Shown: positions 51,107 through 61,458 of the stretch, in pieces
Layout: every line of letters starts with the position of its first letter
Position numbering within the stretch: position 1 is the stretch's first letter
Origin: an uncultured cyanobacterium
Lineage (GTDB): Bacteria; Cyanobacteriota; Cyanobacteriia; Cyanobacteriales; CAWUOF01
Assembly: GCA_963744145.1 (NCBI GenBank)
Contig: CAVUSO010000001.1
Location: forward strand, 7,136,001 to 7,200,000
Direction: 5' to 3'
DNA length: 64,000 nucleotides
The notes under the pieces: generated by a model
Seen by the model: the letters and a program-made list of their open reading frames with translations, nothing else
The model's database searches: none
What the model was told of the DNA's origin: nothing
Program-made: the position numbers and the translations under genes

Positions 51107-51340
51107 CTAAGTTGTATTTATGTGGTCTATGTAATCCTTGGCCTTACTGACTTTTCCTTGCAAAGTTACGACCTCATTCAAAATACTTTGGAACTTCTTT
51201 GCTAGACTATCTACATCAGTATTATCAATAGACTTTGCTAATTTATTAATTTTTTCAGCCTCTTGGTTAAGAGTTTGCATCAATAGCTGAAATTCTTCAA
51301 TTTTTCCTTTAAAGTCTGAGGAAATTTTTATTTCTGACAT
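51107..51340 (-). CDS. Small coiled-coil protein
   Basis: 77 aa with AGGAG RBS; helical heptad pattern. Confidence 0.65.
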   Translation of the reverse strand: MSEIKISSDFKGKIEEFQLLMQTLNQEAEKINKLAKSIDNTDVDSLAKKFQSILNEVVTLQGKVSKAKDYIDHINTT

Positions 51341-51503
51341 TTAAATAGCTCCTATCTTTTCTAAAAATTTATCTTTCAGACCAAAGTGTTTTCCAAAAGA
51401 TATCAAATTCAAGTGTACCATATTCTGGTATTTTTGGAGTATGTGCAAAGATGATCTCCCAGTTATCCTACAATAAAAAAGAACAGATAGTTTTTGGGAC
51501 ATT

Positions 51504-51689
51504 ATGCAAAACTCCGATTCTACTGATACCCTGAAATGGACACCAGCAGCGAAGGTGAAACTGAAAAATATTCCGTTTTTCGTTCGTAGTCAAGCACGAA
51601 CAAGGATTGAGCAATTAGCTAATGAGACTGAAGAAAAAATTGTGACAGTGGAGATTGTTGACCAAGCTCGGCTAGAATTTGGTCAATAG
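51504..51689 (+). CDS. PCP reductase (ChlB/BchB C-terminal-like) small protein
   Basis: [23 protein letters not shown]. Confidence 0.85.
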   Translation: MQNSDSTDTLKWTPAAKVKLKNIPFFVRSQARTRIEQLANETEEKIVTVEIVDQARLEFGQ

Positions 51690-52044
51690 CAAGTTTTTTT
51701 TGCTTTTATCTGAACTAATTTTGATCATAAAATCAAAATTAAAATCCAATCCAGTTCAGTTAGAGAATAAAATATATGATTTTCTAGTTATGTAGTTGCG
51801 ATGAGGGCACTCTGATCGCAACTATATACCCTTCGACTACGCCCTTCGACTACGCCCTTCGACTACGCTCAGGGAACACTCAGGGAACACTCAGGGCAAG
51901 CCTAATTGAATTAAAATCAAGATGAAAGCAACAAAAATATTCCTGTTTATCTATTTGTTAAATTTTCATAAAATCTAATTAATGATGGCAGCAAATCTAA
52001 TATATTAGAATCGAAATTATAAATTCATCAATCTGGTTTTCAAT

Positions 52045-53649
52045 ATGGCTACTGCTAAAATTAAACCTACCGAACCTGCCAATGCTCACTTCTCGTCTAT
52101 CCTCAAATTTGATGGAGTAGATGATTATATTGTTTTACCAGAAATGAATATCGATTATTCCCGGGGTCTGACTATAGAAGCGTGGGTGCGATTCCATAGT
52201 TTCAAATCTTTTTCCAGGATTATCGATTTTGGTAATGGTCCAGCTAAGTCTAATATCCTGTTAGCTAACTCAATTACAACTAACAACCTGCTTTTTGATA
52301 TCTACCAAGATGGTGATAATCATACTTACTTTCAAGTAGAGGAATTGCTAGAACTAGGTAAATGGATACATTTAGCTGCCACAGTTGATGGTTTTGGCCA
52401 AACGCGAGTATATGCTAATGGTAAATTAGTAAAGAGCGGATACTCTTATCCACCAGCAAGCATTAATCGAACATCCAACTATATTGCTAAAAGTAACTGG
52501 TCATCCGATGGTTATTTTCATGGTGAAATCACCGAAATACGTCTATGGAATTGCGATCGCACGGAAGCAGAAATCCAAAAAAATCTTTATTTTCGTCTCA
52601 CCGGAAAAGAGCAGAATTTAGTTGGTTACTGGCCCTTAAATGAAGGAATAGGAAATCAAGTTGTCAAAGATAAAAGTCCTAGTAGTAATCATGGCACAAT
52701 TCATGGTGGAGCAAATTGGCAACAACAAATCCCGATTAAACCGATTGAATTAGGACTTCCAGAACAATTATTTCCTTATAGTCAAGAGCCAATCTTTTTA
52801 CGACCATTGGATGAGCAGAAACTACCAGTCCGATCGGTCTTAATTTTGGATGGGCAAAACGATTATATCGAAATCCCCTATACAGAAATTCTCAATCCTA
52901 ACCAATTTACCCTCTCAGTTTGGGTAAAAGCGCAAGGGGGACAGAATACATTTCGTTCGATCATCACTTCCCGTGACGATCATCCACAACGAGGATACAT
53001 TCTCTATATCAGCGATGACAATAAATGGCACTTTTGGATTGGAGGTGGAGGTGCTGGGTGGATAGTTCTGGTTGGGACTGATATCGTCCTCAATACCTGG
53101 ACCCATCTAACCGCTACTTGTGATGGTAGTAATTTCCAACTCTATATCAATGGAGAATTAGTAGCAACTAAAGCCGGGAATTATCATCTTAACACAGCCC
53201 GTCCCTGGCGCATCGGTGCAGGTACTACGGAAGGAAACCCTTCCTTCTTTTTCCCAGGTCAAATCGCAGAAATTCATCTTTGGAATCGAGTGCTTTCTCA
53301 AGCAGAAGTGCAAAAAGAACTACACTGTTATTTATTCGGAAATGAACCAGGTCTAGTGGGTTATTGGTGTCTAAATGAAGGGTCTGGTTATCTGGTCAAG
53401 GACTGGAGCAGTTTTGTCAATCATGGTAAGATTCAAGGGAATACTAATTGGCAGCAACAAGCTTTGATTTCATCAACTGACCCACGCGATCAAGATGTTT
53501 TAGACTTGGATAGTCAAGATGATCATATCGATCGCGAAAATGATAATTCCAGCCAATTAAGCATCTCAGGTGTATCATTCTCCTTCGGTTTCAGCACGGG
53601 GATGTTTGGGTTCAGCAATAGTTATTTCCGTTTTCGTCGGATTAAGTAA
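52045..53649 (+). CDS. Tandem LamG domain protein
   Basis: Two repeats: FDGVDDY...TIEAWV...WIHLAAT...GEITEIRLWN...LVGYWPLNEG. Confidence 0.88.
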   Translation: MATAKIKPTEPANAHFSSILKFDGVDDYIVLPEMNIDYSRGLTIEAWVRFHSFKSFSRIIDFGNGPAKSNILLANSITTNNLLFDIYQDGDNHTYFQVEELLELGKWIHLAATVDGFGQTRVYANGKLVKSGYSYPPASINRTSNYIAKSNWSSDGYFHGEITEIRLWNCDRTEAEIQKNLYFRLTGKEQNLVGYWPLNEGIGNQVVKDKSPSSNHGTIHGGANWQQQIPIKPIELGLPEQLFPYSQEPIFLRPLDEQKLPVRSVLILDGQNDYIEIPYTEILNPNQFTLSVWVKAQGGQNTFRSIITSRDDHPQRGYILYISDDNKWHFWIGGGGAGWIVLVGTDIVLNTWTHLTATCDGSNFQLYINGELVATKAGNYHLNTARPWRIGAGTTEGNPSFFFPGQIAEIHLWNRVLSQAEVQKELHCYLFGNEPGLVGYWCLNEGSGYLVKDWSSFVNHGKIQGNTNWQQQALISSTDPRDQDVLDLDSQDDHIDRENDNSSQLSISGVSFSFGFSTGMFGFSNSYFRFRRIK

Positions 53650-53751
53650 AAAATCCCTAATCAGATTTCTTTCATCACCTCCGACCGCTTGTGGTAAATC
53701 CACCAGTGATCGCACTTTTAAGATCCACTAGAAACCCTTTCTGCTCAACTA

Positions 53752-55737
53752 TTAAGCTTCGGAAATTTTCTTACTAATTAACCAGTAAGTCATCATTTCA
53801 CCCCGACCCTTAACAGCAATAGTACCTCTTGGTTTTAGCACATATTGATCTTGCAAAAGATGATAAGTTGCTTCTGTAACTTGAATATAGCCCGGTTGAC
53901 CATGAGATTCCATCCGTGATGCAATATTAACAGCATCTCCCCACAGGTCATAAATAAACTTCTTGATCCCAATTACTCCCGCAATCACTGGTCCAGTATT
54001 AATTCCAATTCGTAATTGGAGTGAATCCCCTAAATCGCTGGTCATTGTTTCTAGATAATGTTGCATATCTAAAGCCATATTCGCGATCGCTTCAGCATGA
54101 TCTGGTCGAGTAATTGGTAATCCACCCACCACCATATAAGCATCACCAATAGTTTTGATTTTTTCTAAACCATACTTTTCTGTCAACTGGTCAAATGCAG
54201 AAAAAATTTGGTTAAGTCCAGCAACTAATTGCATTGGTTCTAATTGGGTAGAGAGGTGAGTAAACCCGACAATATCAGCAAACAGAATCGTCACTTCGGC
54301 AAAATATTCGGTGGGAGATTCTGCTCTTTTTAAACGTTCAGCAATTTCAAAAGGTAAAATATTGAGTAAAAGTTGTTCCGATCGCTCCTTTTCCAAGCTT
54401 AATTGCTGAGTGCGTTTTTCTACCCGAACTTCTAACTCCTCATTAGCTAAATGGAGAGCTTCTACCGATGCTTTTAATTGAGATGTCATCTCATTAAAAG
54501 TATCAGACAAAATTGCAATTTCGATAATTAAACTAGAATCAACTTTTTGATTAAGATTACCCTGAGCTACTGCTTGAGAAGCTTGAGAAATTTTCAATAA
54601 TGGAATGGTAATCCAATAAGCAGTGCGAATCCCCATCACTAATGCTATACCCAAAGCTAACAAACATAGTAGAATTGTAGTTTGATTATTTTTATTAATT
54701 TGATCCATAAAATCGCTTTCAGGTACAACTACCCCAGTTAACCAATCAATTCCACGTCCATCTTTGATTGGTAAGATTTGAGCATAATACCAGATCCCAT
54801 TAGTCTGAAATTGAAACGAATGATCTCCTTGAATAGCATGAAAATCCCCAAAATTTTGTAAAATATTATCAGCCATAGCTCGAATTACCGGATTATCACT
54901 TTTAGTTGCGGGAATTCTTTCAAATTTGGATTTATCACCTTTACCTATTACCTTAAAAGGTTGAGCTATTTTTGAACCAGCAACCAAATCTCCTGAACGT
55001 TCCATAATAAAACTTTCACCATTAGTGCTAACCACCATATTTTTGATAAAATCAGTAATTCGAGTTAACCTAACATTAATACATAAAACTCCTAAGAGCT
55101 GATTATGATCATCAAAAACTGGATAAACTGGAGAGATACCTAAGACTGTATTTTGGCGAGAAAAGAAGGGATAGATTTCACTCCAAGTCGGTTTTTTAGC
55201 CTGGTAAGCAGCTTGATACCAAGGACGAGTTGTCGTCTCATAAACAGCAGTAGTAAGTAGTTTTTGTGGGTTTCCCTCCTCATCTAATCGATATATTTCC
55301 CTCATCGGAAAAGAGTCTTTTGTGCGAATTTTTAACAGGGTACTGCCATCTTCTTCTTGATATTCAACTCCCACAAACTCACCTTCTTCACTACCATAGG
55401 AAAGATAACCTTCTAATTCACCAGTCCGTACTACTTGCCAAAAATAACGACGTAATCCGGTAAAATCTTTTAGGTTGAAGTTACCACTTCTAACACCCAT
55501 ATAGGTAAGTAATAAGGTGTTTTGAGATTTATTTAGGTACTCAATCACATACTGTTCAATCCTGGCACTGATTTCCCGATTTAATTGATTGGCCAGATTA
55601 TGGATCGCTTTTTGCCCATTCCGAAAAGACAAATAACCGACCAGACCGACCGTGAGCATCAACTGTAGAATAAAAGGGACTACCAGGGTGGTATGGAGAC
55701 GTAATTTTCTGACCGGTAGAGTTTGATTGCTCCTCAT
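53752..55737 (-). CDS. Cache-HAMP class III adenylate/guanylate cyclase
   Basis: LFADIVGFT, KIKTIGDAYM, YDLWGDAVNIASRMES. Confidence 0.93.
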   Translation of the reverse strand: MRSNQTLPVRKLRLHTTLVVPFILQLMLTVGLVGYLSFRNGQKAIHNLANQLNREISARIEQYVIEYLNKSQNTLLLTYMGVRSGNFNLKDFTGLRRYFWQVVRTGELEGYLSYGSEEGEFVGVEYQEEDGSTLLKIRTKDSFPMREIYRLDEEGNPQKLLTTAVYETTTRPWYQAAYQAKKPTWSEIYPFFSRQNTVLGISPVYPVFDDHNQLLGVLCINVRLTRITDFIKNMVVSTNGESFIMERSGDLVAGSKIAQPFKVIGKGDKSKFERIPATKSDNPVIRAMADNILQNFGDFHAIQGDHSFQFQTNGIWYYAQILPIKDGRGIDWLTGVVVPESDFMDQINKNNQTTILLCLLALGIALVMGIRTAYWITIPLLKISQASQAVAQGNLNQKVDSSLIIEIAILSDTFNEMTSQLKASVEALHLANEELEVRVEKRTQQLSLEKERSEQLLLNILPFEIAERLKRAESPTEYFAEVTILFADIVGFTHLSTQLEPMQLVAGLNQIFSAFDQLTEKYGLEKIKTIGDAYMVVGGLPITRPDHAEAIANMALDMQHYLETMTSDLGDSLQLRIGINTGPVIAGVIGIKKFIYDLWGDAVNIASRMESHGQPGYIQVTEATYHLLQDQYVLKPRGTIAVKGRGEMMTYWLISKKISEA

Positions 55738-55787
55738 TAACCTTTTCTGATACTTTTGTTAAATACAGCAATAACCATGATTAATCC

Positions 55788-55889
55788 TTAATCTTTACCA
55801 ATTAACCAATAAGTTAACATTTCTCCTCGACCCTTGACAAAAATCTGGCCCCTATCGTCCAGGATTTATTGATCTTTTAAATAGGAATA
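55788..55889 (-). pseudogene. C-terminal remnant of a paralogous cyclase
   Basis: YSYLKDQ*ILDDRGQIFVKGRGEMLTYWLIGKD*, versus RGTIAVKGRGEMMTYWLI in the neighbouring gene. Confidence 0.75.
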
Positions 55890-55997
55890 GGGGGCAGGTT
55901 CGCCAATCAATTCTGTCACCAACAGATCAATATGATCAACCTGCCCTGATCTAACAGATCAACCTCAGATTAAGTGTAATTTCATGGGTTATTGGTA
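55888..55997 (-). mobile_element. Partial copy (left end) of the xisH MITE family
   Basis: Reverse complement matches 6890-7000 (TACCAAT...CACTTAATCTGAGGTTGATCTGTTAG). Confidence 0.75.
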
Positions 55998-56299
55998 TAA
56001 GACAAATGATTTCGACCTGATTTAATAGTTAATTGGGCTCTCCCGTATCTGTGGTGATAAGCACGGCTTATTAAAATAAGCAAGCTAATAATTTTTCTCG
56101 TAAAGAATCAAACGTTTTGAACCCGGAGCTTTGTCTAATAATCAATTTCATCTTGTTATTAATTCCTGACCTCTTGACCACTAGTTGTTTTACTGACAAA
56201 ATAGTTACAAGGACATTGGACAACGACCACGCGATTAACTACGGTACACTACTTGAACACAATTATAATGAGAATGATCGGAGCTAGTCAGTAAATAGG

Positions 56300-56921
56300 A
56301 TGGTGAGAAAGATGACAGCAGTAGCAACAAAACCAACAAGAAAGCAATTCACTGTAGAGGAATATTACCAGCTGGGTGAGTTGGGCATGCTTGGGGATGG
56401 TAGAACAGAACTAATTGATGGGGATATCGTATATATGGCACCGATCGGTAGTCGTCATGCAGGGTGTGTAATTCGGTTGAACGGATTTTTTTCTGAAAAT
56501 TTAAGAAAGCGTGCTTTAGTTGCAGTTCAGAGCCCAGTCAGACTAAACGGAAGATTAGACCGGAACCGGATATAGCAATCTTGAAACCTCGTGGTGATGA
56601 TTACACAGAATCACATCCCCAACCCCAAGACATATATTTACTAATTGAAGGGGCGCAAGAGCAATACGCCCGTACATACTACGATTGACGATGACCGTAA
56701 TGTGAAGTCAGTTCTCTATGGGAAAGCAGGGATTATTGAACTTTGGATCGTAGACATAGAAGGGGCGCAAGAGCAATACGCCCATACTTGAGGTTTATCG
56801 CAATCCCACTGCTAATGGTTATGAAAGTATCCAACAATTTAGACCTGGTGAAAGTATCTCACCCCTTGCTTTTAGTGACATAGTAACCAGCGTTGATGAA
56901 ATTTTGAGGACTAATAAATAA
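56300..56921 (+). pseudogene. Uma2 family endonuclease copy 1 (disrupted)
   Basis: Frameshift near 56560 and two GGGGCGCAAGAGCAATACGCCC insertions (~56650, ~56762). Confidence 0.85.
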
Positions 56922-56924
56922 CAA

Positions 56925-57174
56925 AATTAATCAACCGGATTCGTTTGAAATAATTTATCCTGTGTATTCAACCTTAGATCAAATTTTGCAATTAGCTGTT
57001 AATGGCAATGTCACCTCAGCTAAAATTTTCGATATTCGTTTAGCTGCTTTAATTTTAGAATCCCAAATTGATTATTTTGCTACTTACAACACTATTCATT
57101 TTCAAGGAATACCTAATCTTGAGCCTTTAACAGCTTTAGAAATTATCAATGCGCTCAATCAAACCACTACTTAA
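56925..57174 (+). pseudogene. C-terminal fragment of a PIN toxin
   Basis: KIFDIRLAALILESQIDYFATYNTIHF. Confidence 0.6.
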
Positions 57175-57217
57175 AAAAGATTAGAATTAGCTCAGGGAGA
57201 ATCAGAAGCGATCGCCA

Positions 57218-57315
57218 TACGGTTCGTTTAAGGATATTTTGGGAGATATCGACGGAAGTTGGGCGAACGCGAGAGCGTGCCGTAGGCAAACGCCCCTACG
57301 CTTAACCGAACCGTA
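57218..57315. mobile_element. Small MITE
   Basis: TACGGTTCGTTTAAG...CTTAACCGAACCGTA TIR. Confidence 0.7.
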
Positions 57316-57518
57316 TTGAGAGATGGGGAAGGTATGATCGACATCTTGACTGATTGAGGATTACTTGCATTTACCCATAACCCTATCCGATGACTGTGCA
57401 TTCTCTGACTAGAGGATAGACAGTCATTGGCTCGTCCAGTGATCAATACGCGATTACATAAGGTACACTACATGAACGGAATTAGAATGAGAATTAGCGG
57501 AGCTAGTCAGTAAATGGG

Positions 57519-58103
57519 ATGGTGAGAAAGATGATCGCAGTAGCAACAAAACCAACAAGAAAGCAATTCACGGTAGAGGAATATTACAAGTTGGGTGAAT
57601 TGGGGATGCTGGGGGATGGTAGGACAGAACTAATTGATGGGGATATTATTCTTATGGCACCAATGGGTACTCGTCATGCTGGGTACATAATGCGGCTGGG
57701 TAGGATTTTTTCTGAAAATTTAAGAAAGCGTGCCTTAGTTGCAGTTCAAATCCCAGTCAGATTAAACGGAAAATTACAACCGGAACCCGATCTATCAATT
57801 TTGAAACCTCGTAGGGATGATTACATAAAATCACCACCCCAAGTCCAAGACATCTATTTATTAATAGAAGTATCGGATACCACTATTGACCATGACCGTA
57901 ATGTCAAGTCAGTTGTCTATGCTAGAGCTGGGATTATTGAACTTTGGATCGTAGATGTAAATGCTGAATTAGTTGAGGTTTATCGCAATCCCGGCGCTAA
58001 TGGTTATGAAAGTATCCAACAATTTAGACCTGGTGAAAGGATCTCACCTCTTTCATTTCCGGACATGGTGATTAGTGTTGATGCTATTTTTGAGGACTTA
58101 TAG
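57519..58103 (+). CDS. Uma2 family (PD-(D/E)xK-like) protein copy 2
   Basis: FTVEEY, ELIDG, PEPD, LLIEVS, D..VK...YA, ELWIVD. Confidence 0.9.
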   Translation: MVRKMIAVATKPTRKQFTVEEYYKLGELGMLGDGRTELIDGDIILMAPMGTRHAGYIMRLGRIFSENLRKRALVAVQIPVRLNGKLQPEPDLSILKPRRDDYIKSPPQVQDIYLLIEVSDTTIDHDRNVKSVVYARAGIIELWIVDVNAELVEVYRNPGANGYESIQQFRPGERISPLSFPDMVISVDAIFEDL

Positions 58104-58371
58104 ATAACAAAACTAATCAACCGGATTCGATCGCGATAATTATCTATAGCTAACCTTTTCAAGCTTTACATCTGTTTGATTGATTTTTGGAAGATTTTTT
58201 AGTCCTAATCAGCAACCTTGCAACAATAACGTAGCTGATATGAAGTTTTATTACAATATTGTTTTCGTATATATAGAAATTATTATTTTAAGTCTACAAT
58301 GTAAAAACGATATTGAAAGTAAATGAGGAGGAAAGTCCAAAAATGTGTCCTCCCTAATAATTACCATTTCC
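58104..58371 (+). repeat. ~268-bp duplicated non-coding segment, copy 1
   Basis: Near-identical to 59984..60251. Confidence 0.9.
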
Positions 58372-58496
58372 CCAAATTCGGAATATATTAGGCCCCTTCG
58401 ACTACCCCTTCAACTACGCTCAGGGCAAGGCTCAGGGCAATGTTTAATGACTCTCTAAAAGCCAAAGCAAATCTGTCTTAATTGCAGGATAATACC

Positions 58497-58685
58497 ATGC
58501 AAGGTTACATCAAAGGAAAAACTATTATTTTGTTAGAGAACTTACCAGAAATTCTGAAAGATGGTGATGAAGTGGATATTTCAATTAATAAAATTTCTGA
58601 CCAGCAAAAATATCCTTTTCCCACTTTTAAACTAGGAGTTAAAGACGAATATCTAAGCCGAGATAAAATCTATGAACAAGAATAG
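58497..58685 (+). CDS. Antitoxin-like small protein
   Basis: MQGYIKGKTIILLENLP..LKDGDEV...SRDKIYE; overlaps a truncated PIN-like start MNKNRIFFD at 58672. Confidence 0.6.
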   Translation: MQGYIKGKTIILLENLPEILKDGDEVDISINKISDQQKYPFPTFKLGVKDEYLSRDKIYEQE

Positions 58686-58717
58686 GATATTTTTTGATGA
58701 GCTAGTCAGTAAATGGG

Positions 58718-59305
58718 ATGGTGAGAAAGATGATCGCAGTAGTAACAAAACCAACAAGAAAGCAATTCACGGTAGAGGAATATTACCAGCTGGGTGAATT
58801 GGGGATGCTTGGGGATGGGAGGACAGAACTAATTGATGGGGATATCGTATATATGGCACCGATCAGTAGTCGTCATGCAGGGTGTGTTAATCGTTTACTA
58901 AAAATTTTTGCTAGAAACCTAAGAGAGCGTGCTGTAGTAGCGATTCAAAATCCAGTTAGACTAAACGGAAGATTAGAACCACAGCCCGATCTATCAATTT
59001 TGAAACCGCGAGATGATGATTACGAAGACTCACACCCACAACCCCAAGACATCTATTTATTAATAGAAGTATCACTTACTACGATTGACGATGACCGTAA
59101 TGTTAAATCAGTGCGCTATGGGAGAGCTGGAGTTATTGAACTGTGGATCGTAGACGTAGAATCCCAATTAATTGAGGTTTATCGCAATCCCAGTCCTAAT
59201 GGTTATGAAAGTATCCAACAATTTAGAAGCGGTGAAAGTATCTCACCACTAGCTTTTAGTGACATAGTAATCAGTGTTGATGAAATTTTGAGGACTAATA
59301 GATAG
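58718..59305 (+). CDS. Uma2 family protein copy 3
   Basis: Same motifs as copy 2. Confidence 0.9.
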   Translation: MVRKMIAVVTKPTRKQFTVEEYYQLGELGMLGDGRTELIDGDIVYMAPISSRHAGCVNRLLKIFARNLRERAVVAIQNPVRLNGRLEPQPDLSILKPRDDDYEDSHPQPQDIYLLIEVSLTTIDDDRNVKSVRYGRAGVIELWIVDVESQLIEVYRNPSPNGYESIQQFRSGESISPLAFSDIVISVDEILRTNR

Positions 59306-59407
59306 CAGAAACTTTTAGTTGCGATCGCGTATGACCCGCGATTACATAAGGTACAAGCTAGTGAACGCAATTAGAATAAGAATGAGCGGAGCTAGTCAGT
59401 AAATGGG

Positions 59408-59983
59408 ATGGTGAGAAAGATGATCGCAGTAGCAACAAGAAAGCAATTCACGGTAGAGGAATATTACCAGTTGGGTGAATTGGGGATGCTTGGGGATGGG
59501 AGGACAGAACTAATTGATGGGGATATCGTATATATGGCACCGATCGGTAGTCGTCATGCAGGGTGTGTTAATCGTTTACTAAAAATTTTTGCTAGAAACC
59601 TAAGAGAGCGGGCTGCAATAGCGATTCAAAATCCAGTTAGACTAAACGGAAGATTAGAACCACAGCCCGATCTATCAATTTTGAAACTACGGGATGATGA
59701 TTACATAAAATCCCATCCCCAAACCCAAGACATCTATTTATTAATAGAAGTATCCGTTACTACGATCGACGATGACCGTAATGTTAAGTCAGTTCTCTAT
59801 GGGAAAGCAGGGATTATTGAACTTTGGATTGTAGACATAGAAGCCCAATTAATAGAGGTTTATCGCAATCCCGGCGCTAATGGTTATGAAAGTATCCAAC
59901 AATTTAGACCCGGTGAAAGGATCTCACCTCTTTCATTTCCGGACATAGTGATTAGTGTCGATGCAATTTTTGAGGACTTATAG
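59408..59983 (+). CDS. Uma2 family protein copy 4
   Basis: Same motifs as copy 2. Confidence 0.9.
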   Translation: MVRKMIAVATRKQFTVEEYYQLGELGMLGDGRTELIDGDIVYMAPIGSRHAGCVNRLLKIFARNLRERAAIAIQNPVRLNGRLEPQPDLSILKLRDDDYIKSHPQTQDIYLLIEVSVTTIDDDRNVKSVLYGKAGIIELWIVDIEAQLIEVYRNPGANGYESIQQFRPGERISPLSFPDIVISVDAIFEDL

Positions 59984-60251
59984 ATCACAAAACTAATCAA
60001 CCGGATTCGATCGCTATAATTATCTATAGCTAACCTTTTCAAGCTTTACATCTGTTTGATTGATTTTTGGCAGATTTTTTAGTCCCAATCAGCAACCTTG
60101 CAACAACAACGTAGCTGATATGAAGTTTTATTACAATATTGTTTTCGTATATATACAAATTATTATTTTAAGTCTACAATGTAAAAACGATATTGAAAGT
60201 AAATGAGGAGGAAAGTCCAAAAATGTGTCCTCCCTAATAATTACCATTTCC
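59984..60251 (+). repeat. ~268-bp duplicated non-coding segment, copy 2
   Basis: Near-identical to 58104..58371. Confidence 0.9.
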
Positions 60252-60306
60252 AACCAGTAATCCAAATATGAAATATTTTTTCAACCTGATTAAAACGGGT
60301 GCTTAA

Positions 60307-61456
60307 TACCAATTCTCTAAATGCCGACTACAGATAGTGCCTCTAATATATAGGCTCGTCCCGTAATTGAGGCAATTACTTTTGAATTCATCTTTTCTAG
60401 TTCTTTACTAATTAAAAGTCTTAATTCATCTAAGTTTCTTGGTAATTCCCATCTCAATCCCTTTTTGAGATACTGCCATACCTGTTCGATTGGATTTGAT
60501 TCAGGACAATGGGATGGTTGAAACATTAAAATAACGTTTTTAGGAATTACCAACTTTTTAGCTTTATGAAAACCACCATTGTCTAACTGAATGATCAAAA
60601 TACTATCCGAAAAATGCGCGGCTACTAAGTCTAAAAATATCTGAAAGCATTGACTATTGAGATGAGTAAACTCGTAAAAGAAATGTTCCCCTGTCTTTGG
60701 CTCTACTACGCCATAAATATAAGTCGCTTGAAATTTCCATTGCACTTTACCAATTGGTTTTACCCCACGAATGGTAATTTTTCTCCCACTAATCGTTTTC
60801 ATGCCGATCCGTGTTTCATCTTGACATAAAAATCTGACTTTATCTCCTAAACTCATTACTGTTATGGCAAACCAACTCAGCATAGCTAAGTCCTCCGCCA
60901 AGTGATTTCTAAAATTATCTAACTTTTTTTTTGACTGTTCTGTACTTTTCGGCCTGGCGATTTTTGGTGAGGCTTTTAGTTTATAATGCACTAATTGATG
61001 AACGGTTTTATATTTAGCTTCTATCCCAAGGGTGGATGATAGCCATTGACAAATTTCCCCATAACTATTAAATCCTTCCTCTTCATTTAGTCGTTTTTCT
61101 AAACTTTTTACCGCCCAGTCAGGAATTTTTCTCGGTCGAATCCTGTACCCACTTTTTTCCCCAGATATTTGGCCAATCCTCCTTGACGGTATTTGGCTAA
61201 CCAATCTTGAACGGTAACTCGATTTCTGCCCAAGATTTCAGCAACTTCTGTGACTGTTTTAGCTTTGTTTATCTTGAGTAGATATAATGCTTGTAATCGT
61301 TCTTTTCCTGGACCAGTTTTTTCCACTGCGAGCAATTTCTTCAGCTCGGCTTCACTTTCCTTAATGTCTAGGTGATAAACTCCTGCCATATTTTTCCTTC
61401 AACTCTACTCAAATTATACTCTACACTATCTGTAGTCAAAGTTGCAAGAATTGGTA
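60307..61456 (-). mobile_element. IS630-family insertion sequence with frameshifted transposase (61389-60317)
   Basis: TACCAATTCT...AGAATTGGTA TIR with TAA on both flanks; QDETR, LDNGGFH, SNPIEQVW DDE motifs; two extra nt near 61140 split the HTH from the rest. Confidence 0.93.
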
Positions 61457-61458
61457 TA

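Noticed and set aside
51828..51900. Tandem CCCTTCGACTACG / CTCAGGGAACA repeats as a CRISPR array
   Set aside because: Units are abutting with no unique spacers, there are no cas genes, and the same short repeat is dispersed across the window.
61372..61456. N-terminus of the 548-aa FHA ORF
   Set aside because: Encoded by the IS630 end, not by the native gene.
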